Shown here one piece after another: positions 9,699 through 17,404 of a DNA stretch of 64,000 nucleotides. Source of the DNA: Candidatus Hydrogenedentota bacterium (GTDB lineage: Bacteria > Hydrogenedentota > Hydrogenedentia > Hydrogenedentales > SLHB01). The notes under the pieces were generated by a model. That model was not told the origin of the DNA. It saw only the letters and a program-made list of their open reading frames with translations, and searched no databases. Location: positions 1 through 64,000 of the forward strand of contig CAXXYE010000003.1 of NCBI GenBank assembly GCA_963674865.2. The letters run 5' to 3'. How positions within the stretch are numbered: position 1 is the stretch's first letter; every line of letters begins with the position of its first letter. Position numbers and translations under genes: made by a program.

Positions 9699-10385
9699 GT
9701 GGCCATTACGCTAGGGAGCATCGTTTTCGATGAGGACCGCACCACCGTGGCGGAGAAGTACGAAGAAGTCGGCGGCCGGGACGAGCGGCGCGTCACGGTG
9801 ACGGGAGTGATCGTGGGCGAGTCTGCGTTGGCGGCCGTCGAGGCTCGCCTGGACGCCATCCTTGCGGCTGTGCCGGATGAGGACTATGCCGTGGCCCTTT
9901 CGGTCCGCGCGGGGCGGCGGATTCATGTGGCCCGAACGGGGTTTTCGCGCGAGGTCGCGCGGGACTCGCTGGTCGGGTCTTTCGTTCTGGAACTGGCGGC
10001 GCGTGATCCCTACGAGGAGTCGGTCGAAGAGACGACTGTGGCCTGGAGCGTCACCGCATCCGGGGCCACGCGGCAGGTGACATCGAGCGGGAACGTCTTC
10101 GCAAGGCCAATCATCGCGCTGGCGGCGAGCGGCGACGTGGTCAATCCGTCGTTCAACGACGGGATGCGCACGCTCCTCTACAGCGGGGTCGTGGGCGACG
10201 GGGAGACCCTTGTGATCGATGGCGCTTCAGCTTGCGTCACGCTGGACGGCGAAGACGTGACGCCGTATACGTCGGGCGACTTCCCGTGCCTTGATCCGGG
10301 GGAGACAACGCTGACTTATGTGGACGATGCGAGCAGCTCGCACACGGCGTTGGTGACGATCTCCTACCGGGATCGGTGGTGGTAG
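9699..10385 (+). CDS. Distal tail (Dit)-like siphovirus tail component
   Basis: LELAARDPY, SSGNVFARPII, GETLVIDG, GDFPCLDPGETTL and a C-terminal YRDRWW are typical of Dit family proteins. Confidence 0.8.
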   Translation: MAITLGSIVFDEDRTTVAEKYEEVGGRDERRVTVTGVIVGESALAAVEARLDAILAAVPDEDYAVALSVRAGRRIHVARTGFSREVARDSLVGSFVLELAARDPYEESVEETTVAWSVTASGATRQVTSSGNVFARPIIALAASGDVVNPSFNDGMRTLLYSGVVGDGETLVIDGASACVTLDGEDVTPYTSGDFPCLDPGETTLTYVDDASSSHTALVTISYRDRWW

Positions 10386-10387
10386 CG

Positions 10388-12127
10388 ATGGGCTACCGAG
10401 TCGAGGTTTGGGACACTTGGAACCGACGGATCGCCGCGTACGACGACGTGCCGCTGCTCGAGGTGACACGCGCGTTTCCGGACGAGACAGATCGGATTCG
10501 AGGACTTCTGCCCGCCGGCACGGCGGACCTTGGGCCGGGCTACAGCGTGCGCGTGCGGGTCGACGGCGAGCCTTTCGCCGAGGCGACCGTTACGTCGGTG
10601 AGCCCGCAATGGGGCGACACGCGCAAACTTGTGCTGGACCGCTACGTTCATTTCCATGAAGTGATCGAGTTCGAGGCGGCACGGGGTCCGCGGGACGGCA
10701 ATACGACCGTGTCGCCGACTTACACGAACCGCGAAGTGGGGGCCATCGTCAAGGACGTGATCAACCGTGCGCCGGGGGCGATCCACTATCTGGTCGACCA
10801 CAACGACTACCCTGGCGGCGCCGAGCGGGAGTATGCGAAGTTCCTAGCGCGTAAGACGGACGAGAACGAACTGGAGGTCGGCGGGATTGGGGCCGGCCAA
10901 TGGGTAGGCAGTGGGCGCATCGATGCCGGCGCCGCGTATGCCAAAGACGGCGACACCATTGCAGGGCTGGTTGTCGATGGTGTTGCGTGGCCCGACCTGC
11001 GGTTCATGCTCATCGATTGTGAAGAGACCAGCCGCAACAGCCACGCGGTCAAACGGCATCCGGAAGTCGCCGAATGGACTGATGCGCGGTATGCGGCGAG
11101 CGGCTACAAACTGCGCGGCGACGCGGCGAAGGACGCGTTGCAGAATTGGCTCGACACGAAGGGCATTGACTACATCGAGCTGAATCCGCACCAGGATGCG
11201 GCGGGCGTGTATGACGACCGGGTGGACGCGTATGGGCGCTATCTCGGACTGGTCTTCGGCGGGGGTGAGTGTTTCAACGCCGGTCTGGTCGAGCTTGGGC
11301 ACGCTGATGTCTATCTCTACGAGGACGGGCGCTATCTTGTGCCTGAAATGGAACTCAAGGATTTCTACTCCTACTCGAAGGCGAATGAGGACAGCGTGGA
11401 GGCGCCCGGCATTGTCTTGGTCGATTTCGACGTGACGGGCGGCGTGCTCGAGGTCCTGACGGCGTTGGCGTATGCCGGAAACGGGTACGTGTGGTCCATC
11501 ACGCCGGACTTGGCGGTTCGATTCCGTCGTGCGACGGATCCTGACCGTGTACTCTACTTCGATCCGGTTCAAATGGGGGTAACGCTCGGTTCGACGGCGA
11601 GTCCGCTGCGGAATGTGATTCAGTTCTCGGGCAACCCTTTCGCGACGGGTCTGAGTAAGACGTACTCGCGGGCGGCGAGCATCGACGAGTTTGGCAGTCA
11701 GTATCACCTCTTAGAGTATTTCGCGCTCGATCTCGCGGAGGACGCCGACAAGCTGGTCGAGGGCGTGTTGAACGACGTGGCCTACCCGGAGCCGTCCGGT
11801 TCGGTCGCGTTCTTCCACGGCGACAACGACATCCGCGTCGGCGACATTCTGGAATTGCGCGGCGGGCCGCTTCGGCGATTGGAGCGCGAGGCGGCGGGGG
11901 AATGGGACGGCCGGTTTGCGGGGAAGCTGATGGGGCGGGTCAAGCGAGTATGCCACCTCTTCTTTGGGAAGGTGATGACGACGGATGTGTCGTTGACCTC
12001 GCCGCTGCGGTCCGTCAACAGCCCGCTGAGCTTCATGGTTCGGAGCCAGCCTAGCGCGTACACGCTCTACGAATTCCGACTGGATGACGCGACGGTGGGC
12101 CTGGACATGGGCTATCACCTGGATTAG
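10388..12127 (+). CDS. Tail tip/baseplate hub (Tal-like) protein with an inserted domain
   Basis: Follows Dit. C-terminal hub motifs ASIDEFG...ADKLVEGVL...IRVGDILELR...GRVKRV. Confidence 0.6.
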   Translation: MGYRVEVWDTWNRRIAAYDDVPLLEVTRAFPDETDRIRGLLPAGTADLGPGYSVRVRVDGEPFAEATVTSVSPQWGDTRKLVLDRYVHFHEVIEFEAARGPRDGNTTVSPTYTNREVGAIVKDVINRAPGAIHYLVDHNDYPGGAEREYAKFLARKTDENELEVGGIGAGQWVGSGRIDAGAAYAKDGDTIAGLVVDGVAWPDLRFMLIDCEETSRNSHAVKRHPEVAEWTDARYAASGYKLRGDAAKDALQNWLDTKGIDYIELNPHQDAAGVYDDRVDAYGRYLGLVFGGGECFNAGLVELGHADVYLYEDGRYLVPEMELKDFYSYSKANEDSVEAPGIVLVDFDVTGGVLEVLTALAYAGNGYVWSITPDLAVRFRRATDPDRVLYFDPVQMGVTLGSTASPLRNVIQFSGNPFATGLSKTYSRAASIDEFGSQYHLLEYFALDLAEDADKLVEGVLNDVAYPEPSGSVAFFHGDNDIRVGDILELRGGPLRRLEREAAGEWDGRFAGKLMGRVKRVCHLFFGKVMTTDVSLTSPLRSVNSPLSFMVRSQPSAYTLYEFRLDDATVGLDMGYHLD

Positions 12128-12148
12128 CGGCATGACTCACGCTGATGG

Positions 12149-12366
12149 GCGAAAAGCAGGGACAGAGGAGCCGTTGAAAGAGTCCGGAGCTGCTGCACGC
12201 AGGCCGCGAAGGGACCTGGGACAGTCCCGTCTGCGTCCGCCCGCGGCGGACTCCGCTTGGGACAGTCCCGGTCTTTCGCTCAACCTCTGGAGCGAACGCG
12301 ACTTCTTCAACGGCCTCACAGACACTTCTTCGCTTCGCTCCGTTTGTGTCAATCCCTGTTTTTCGC
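12149..12366. repeat. Composite of family A REP-like elements
   Basis: Nested gggacagtccc / gtccgcccgcggcggac palindromes bounded by gcgaaaagcaggga...tccctgtttttcgc. Confidence 0.7.
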
Positions 12367-12440
12367 TTCTTCGTCTGTCGGTACGCAACGTCAATCGTGA
12401 GTCAGAACACCGGGACCTTTGAGAATGACTGGAGGACACC

Positions 12441-12962
12441 ATGGCGATTAAGGGACAGGGATACACGAAGACCACCTGGGCATTCGAGGAGCGTCCGGTG
12501 GCATCGTCGAAACTGAACTCTTGGGACGACCGGATTGAAACCGCACTGGAACTGATCCACCGCCTCTTGACACTCGCGTGGGGCGGCGGCGACGGCGTTA
12601 TCCGTGGCGTGACCGATGAGGAGCTGGCGGTCGGCGCCACGTCGCCGGCGGGATTGTCCGTGGAGGTGGAGCCGGGCTATGCGTTCATCTCGGGCTTTCC
12701 GTACAAAGTCGCGGAGGCCATTGAAACCGTTGAGATCACGCCGCCGGAGACCCATCCGCGCATCGACCTGGTGCAAGCGCGGTTGGACACGTGGGACGTG
12801 AGCGTGAAGACGGGCTCCGAGGCGGCGTCGCCGTCGGTCCCGAGCGCCGACAGCCACTGCCTGGGTCTGGCTGAACTCCACCTGCGGGTAGGGATGAGTT
12901 CCATCAAGAACACCGATGATTCGGTCAACGGGTATATCACCGATGTGCGCGCGTTCTTGTAA
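12441..12962 (+). CDS. Tail-tip/fibre-attachment structural protein
   Basis: LAVGA..AGLSVEVEPGYAFISG...PRIDLVQARL...VKTG..AASPSVP...LGLAEL...ITDVR resembles the N-terminal domain of siphovirus tail fibre/baseplate proteins. Confidence 0.65.
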   Translation: MAIKGQGYTKTTWAFEERPVASSKLNSWDDRIETALELIHRLLTLAWGGGDGVIRGVTDEELAVGATSPAGLSVEVEPGYAFISGFPYKVAEAIETVEITPPETHPRIDLVQARLDTWDVSVKTGSEAASPSVPSADSHCLGLAELHLRVGMSSIKNTDDSVNGYITDVRAFL

Positions 12963-13416
12963 CGCAGGCCGAAACGACGCGGCCCTGGCGGTCGATGTGG
13001 ACGGCGAGCGTGTGAGCCATTTCCGGCTGCGGGAGTTCGAGAACCACGAAGGACTCGCCATGGTGCACGCCTCGACGATCGAGTCGCTCGAACGGGTCCG
13101 GCGTGACCTGTGCGCGGCGGCGGGCGAGACCGTGTGGCTCATCATCACCGACGCCGTTCGGACCCAGGCGGACTTGGAGCGCTTGGCGGCGCGGTACGGG
13201 TGGGTGGACGAAGGCGGCACGGTGGCGCGGAACTCGAAGCATCTCGCGCGCCACGGGGGCATCGCGATTGATTGCGTCGCGGTCGTAGCGAGCAGTCGTG
13301 AACGCATCCCGCAGAAGGAACTGGGCGTGGTATGCCGCCGGTACTTCGACTGGGTCAAGGCTGACTACAAGGACGGCCACGTGCACGCGGACAACAGAGT
13401 ACGGGGAAGAGGCTAA
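12943..13416 (+). CDS. Peptidase M15-like (LAS-type Zn peptidoglycan hydrolase), putative endolysin
   Basis: ITDAVRT...SKHLARHGGIAIDC...HVHAD provides H-x-D and HxH metal ligands. Confidence 0.7.
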   Translation: MCARSCNAGRNDAALAVDVDGERVSHFRLREFENHEGLAMVHASTIESLERVRRDLCAAAGETVWLIITDAVRTQADLERLAARYGWVDEGGTVARNSKHLARHGGIAIDCVAVVASSRERIPQKELGVVCRRYFDWVKADYKDGHVHADNRVRGRG

Positions 13417-13473
13417 TCAACTACCGCCGGTCGAGTCGGCTGACTTCCGGCTTTCTGTGAAAGGAGACGGATA

Positions 13474-13842
13474 ATGAGCATTGCAGACATCGTACACTCG
13501 GAATCGGGCCTGACGCTCGTGGGCGCCGCCCTTGGCGCGTTGTGGACGTTCTTCAAATCGCGCGATTGGTATCAGGGTGTTCGGCAGCAGCGATACTGTC
13601 GTGCCGTCCAGGCGCTGGAAGCGGGGGTGGAGCAGACGTACCGGACCTACGTGCGGGCGATCAAGGACTCGCGGGAGGACGGGAAGCTCACGGAGGCGGA
13701 GATGCGTGATGCCCGGAGTCTCGCGCGTCAGACGGCCCTCGAGTACGGACGGACGGAGGGCATCGATGTGCTCGCGGAGCTTGGCGACGCCTATCTCGAC
13801 CTTTGGACCGCCAAGCTCGTCAAGCGCATGAAGAAGGGATGA
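13474..13842 (+). CDS. Holin-like membrane protein
   Basis: N-terminal TM, then AVQALEAGVEQTY...KDSREDGKLTEAE (LL-H holin-like), placed after the endolysin; aaggag RBS. Confidence 0.55.
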   Translation: MSIADIVHSESGLTLVGAALGALWTFFKSRDWYQGVRQQRYCRAVQALEAGVEQTYRTYVRAIKDSREDGKLTEAEMRDARSLARQTALEYGRTEGIDVLAELGDAYLDLWTAKLVKRMKKG

Positions 13843-13894
13843 CCGCTCGGCGGGAAGAGGTGACCCGGGCCGGCGAAGCGGCTGAACGGAAGAA

Positions 13895-14000
13895 GAGCCG
13901 CGATTGCTTACGCACCTCGCGGCCTAGACGGGAGCCGCGATTGCTTACGCACCTCGCGGCCTAGACGGGAGCCGCGATTGCTTACGCACCTCGCGGCCTA
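13895..14000. repeat. Tandem 37-bp repeat x3 with internal hairpin
   Basis: gagccgcgattgcttacgcacctcgcggcctagacgg at 13895, 13932 and 13969 (last copy slightly truncated), with no spacers. Confidence 0.9.
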
Positions 14001-14100
14001 ACTGGATTCCCGCTTTCGCGGGAAAGACGGTCTTCGGGAACGGTCGCTTCCCCTGGCGGCTTCGCGGAGGTCTGGGGGTAGCTTGCACCCGAATGGGAGG

Positions 14101-15294
14101 TCACTGCTCTAGCTTCAGAACCCGCTGCATGAAGGGGATGGTATGGGTGCCGTCCCAACGGTGGGGGCCGTGGAAAACGTCATGCGCGAGGTTATCCTTT
14201 GCTCCGAGCATGCGGTACACCGTCGATGCGATGGCGAGCTGGGACTCAACGTTCTCAAGGCCGCTTGCGCCGTTGAGCGGGTCCTCATCGCCGGATTGAA
14301 TCATGAGGGGCCGGGGGGCGATGAGCGCACCGAGGTCGCCGTGGTCGGCGTACTCCCAGAGATGGGGCACGTAGTTGCAGGAGCAATTGCCGTGTTTGTC
14401 GAGGAGGGCTTCCTTGACGCCGTAGAAGTACCCGCTGACCACGGCGGCCTTGACGCGTTCGTCGAGGGCCGTAAGCCAAAGCGTTTGGAGCCCCCCGCCG
14501 CTGAGGCCGGCGCACCCGAGGCGTGTGGCGTCGAAATCGCTGCGCGTTTCGACGTAGTCGATGAGACGCTGGAGATCCCAGACCCACATGCCGGTGACCG
14601 TTTGCCCGAGGGGTATGGCCATGTTGTTGATGAACCGGCAGGAGGCGTCGAGGGGATTCTCTGCGGTAATCGCTTCCTGGCGTTCGCCGAACCCGCGGGC
14701 GTCGGGGCAGACGCTGACGAATCCGGCCCGGCAGAATGCCACGCCGTAGGCATAGTTGTAGTGCTCGATCGCCTTCTGGTAGACGGGATCGGTCGAGCCG
14801 ACGACGGACGCTTTGCCGCCGCCTCCGTGGCCGTGGGGATTCAGCATCACCGGGTACGGCGGCGTGCCTGCCTTTGGAATGAGGATGTACACGGGCATGT
14901 GCAGGCCCGGCTCGACTTGAATCACCACCCGTTCCCGGATGTAGTCCCCGCAGTCCTCACGTTCGGTGACTTGGGGGGCGAGGTCGCAGGTCTGCATCGT
15001 GTCGAGGCCGATTAGTCGGCTGAGTGCCGTGCGCGCTTTTGCCTGCCACGGGGCAACGTCTTCGGGCGCCTTGCCGTCGAAGCGCAGGCTGCGGCCTACG
15101 GCGTCGAAACGCTCACGGAGATGCGAATGAACGGTGAATACGGGGACGGCTGGGCCTGCCATGGACTCCTGCTCCTTTGGTTGCGGCGTTTCGGCCGCGC
15201 ACGGGTCGGCGCACGCGCACGTCCACGCAATGGCGAGGGACAACACGGCATTCGCCAACGTCTTCAAACCATGCCCTCCGGCGACATGCGCCAC
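14101..15294 (-). CDS. Alpha/beta hydrolase (dienelactone hydrolase/acetylxylan esterase-like); start uncertain
   Basis: PHGHG, GLSGGG nucleophile elbow, SGDEDPL and HGPH. Confidence 0.8.
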   Translation of the reverse strand: MAHVAGGHGLKTLANAVLSLAIAWTCACADPCAAETPQPKEQESMAGPAVPVFTVHSHLRERFDAVGRSLRFDGKAPEDVAPWQAKARTALSRLIGLDTMQTCDLAPQVTEREDCGDYIRERVVIQVEPGLHMPVYILIPKAGTPPYPVMLNPHGHGGGGKASVVGSTDPVYQKAIEHYNYAYGVAFCRAGFVSVCPDARGFGERQEAITAENPLDASCRFINNMAIPLGQTVTGMWVWDLQRLIDYVETRSDFDATRLGCAGLSGGGLQTLWLTALDERVKAAVVSGYFYGVKEALLDKHGNCSCNYVPHLWEYADHGDLGALIAPRPLMIQSGDEDPLNGASGLENVESQLAIASTVYRMLGAKDNLAHDVFHGPHRWDGTHTIPFMQRVLKLEQ

Positions 15295-15304
15295 GCGGTT
15301 GGCG

Positions 15305-16153
15305 CTAACGGGGTTTCACTTCCTCGACGATCTTCATCAGCCGGCGGCCATACTCGGTATAGGTCTCGTAGAGCTGGCCTTCGCTGTTTGCCTGTTGGCC
15401 GGTGTGGATGATGGCCGCGAGGTGGGGCTCTATCGAGATGCCGCCGTCGTAGCCGTTGGCCAGGAGATCGGCGAGCGTGTCGTGCACCCGGCCGTCACCC
15501 TCGCCGCAATAGGTGTAGACGTCCTCGCCATCGACCTTCCTGGCATCCTTGATGTGGACGTAGATGATATCTTTGGCGACGGTCTTGTAGTACTCCCACG
15601 GGTCTTGCCCGTAGGTGACGGGGTTGCCCGTGTCGTAGAGCACCTTCAAGGCCGGGCTGTCGACCTCGCCGAGGAGGATGTTGCTGTTCTCGGCGGATAG
15701 GCCGCCCCAGCCGCTGCAGTTCTCGTGGGCGAGAATGATGCCGCCGTCCTCGGCCATTTTCGCGAGGACCTTCATGCGGCGTATGGCTTCGTCCCGCCAT
15801 TCGCTTTCCGGCACGGGATTATCCTTGTCGTTCGGATAGCTCATGACGCGGATGAAGGGCGTGCCGAAGCGTTGCATGCGCGGGATGGCGACTTTGAGGT
15901 CGTCGATATCGATCTGCGGGTCGCATGTGATGGGGCGCGCCCAGTTCGCGATGGCCCCGCCGAAGCACGAGACCTTCATGCCCGCCGCGGTCACTTTGTC
16001 GAAGACCTCGTCGAACTTCGCGTCGGAGATAGCGGTGATGCCTTCACCGTCTACCAGGCGCAACTCCATATGCTCCCAGCCGAGATCCTTGTGCGCCTTG
16101 ATCTGGGTGTCGATATCTTTTCCTGATTCATCCGAGATTCCCGAGAAAAACAT
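15305..16153 (-). CDS. Sugar phosphate isomerase/epimerase (xylose isomerase-like TIM barrel)
   Basis: LAHENC, LYDTGNP, VHIKDA and ISIEPH metal motifs. Confidence 0.85.
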   Translation of the reverse strand: MFFSGISDESGKDIDTQIKAHKDLGWEHMELRLVDGEGITAISDAKFDEVFDKVTAAGMKVSCFGGAIANWARPITCDPQIDIDDLKVAIPRMQRFGTPFIRVMSYPNDKDNPVPESEWRDEAIRRMKVLAKMAEDGGIILAHENCSGWGGLSAENSNILLGEVDSPALKVLYDTGNPVTYGQDPWEYYKTVAKDIIYVHIKDARKVDGEDVYTYCGEGDGRVHDTLADLLANGYDGGISIEPHLAAIIHTGQQANSEGQLYETYTEYGRRLMKIVEEVKPR

Positions 16154-16240
16154 GTGCCAATCCTCCAGGGATGTTATGCCGCGGTCAACACGCCGTCCGC
16201 AGCTATTCTTCTGCCTGCTTTGCCGCGGGCAGGTGATGTC

Positions 16241-16792
16241 CTATGGCCTGACGAGCCCCGCCTCCACTTCCTCACGCTTGGCCCGGCCCACAAGGGCCTC
16301 GGCCAGCTCGAGCGCGAAATCCATCGCCGTGCCGGGGCCGCGAGAAGTGATGACGTGCCCGTCGCGCACCACCGGATCGGCCACGCACGTGACGTCCGGC
16401 AGGTTCATTTTGTCCAGGACGCCGGGATAACTCGTGGCCCGCTTGCCCGACAGGACGCCCGCGGCGGCGAGGACGGCCGGGGCCGCGCAGATGGCGCATA
16501 CGAAGCGGTTGTCCGCGGCCATTTTCTTGACGAGCTGTAGAATACGCGCATCGTTCTTCAGGTGGTCGGCGCCGGGAAGGCCGCCGGGCAGCACGATCAT
16601 GTCAAAATCCGCGTCGAGCACCTCATCCAGCGTGGCCTGCGGTTGCAGCACCACGCCGCGACTTGCCCGAACGGGTTGGTCATCCAGCCCGGCCGTAACG
16701 ACGGTTACGCCCGCCCGCGTGAGCAGGTCCACCACGGTGACGGCCTCAAGCTCCTCGCACCCTTGGGCCAACGGCACGAGCACGTTGGGCAT
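16241..16792 (-). CDS. DJ-1/PfpI (ThiJ/YajL) family protein
   Basis: GCEELEAV, LPGGLPGADHL, AICAAP and TSRGPGTAMDFAL. Confidence 0.9.
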   Translation of the reverse strand: MPNVLVPLAQGCEELEAVTVVDLLTRAGVTVVTAGLDDQPVRASRGVVLQPQATLDEVLDADFDMIVLPGGLPGADHLKNDARILQLVKKMAADNRFVCAICAAPAVLAAAGVLSGKRATSYPGVLDKMNLPDVTCVADPVVRDGHVITSRGPGTAMDFALELAEALVGRAKREEVEAGLVRP

Positions 16793-17404
16793 CGTTCATT
16801 CCTCCCTCGTACGGCGTAGTTCCTTGAGACGCTTGGTATGAGCAATCGCAGCCCGCTCGAACCGAGTTACAGGATGGTTAAGTCTAATGGCCGGCGGCTC
16901 GTGTTTCAACCAATCGCCGGTGGGCCGGTTGCGAAGAACGCTGGGCTCTAAGTGGGTCCACGGATGAACACCTATGGTGAGTGATGACGGGGGCACTTCT
17001 TTGTTCTGACGGGATTCACAGGATTGGGAGTATGGACTGGGGAAGTCCCGCGGGCTCTGCGGCTCAGGGTCGAAGAATTATGAACGCGGAGGAGCAGAGA
17101 TCGCTGAGGCGCGCAGAGAACAAGGGATTACGAAATGGCCGTGGCGAGTTGCTTGAGATGCTGTGGAAGGGCCATGCTCCTGCGTCACTACGGACGCGGA
17201 GGACCGCGTCCCTCCCTGTGAATAGCCCGCTGTGGCGGGCGGAAGCCTTCGAACACGGAAGTCATGGCAGCATTGGCGATTGCGACACGTGAGTGGGTTT
17301 GGACGCCTAGTCCGCGGCGATGTACTCTCTCTTGCGGGAATGGCGCGCTTTGGCGCAAGACGCCGCCCAATGGTGCGCCCGTTACCTCAGGAAAGGACGA
17401 GATA

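Noticed and set aside
4417..13842. Complete inducible prophage, encapsulin or tailocin
   Set aside because: There is no integrase, replication module or TerL for a prophage. Portal and tail-tip genes argue against an encapsulin, and a capsid without tube or sheath argues against a tailocin.
13895..14000. Possible mini-CRISPR array
   Set aside because: The units are contiguous and identical with no unique spacers.
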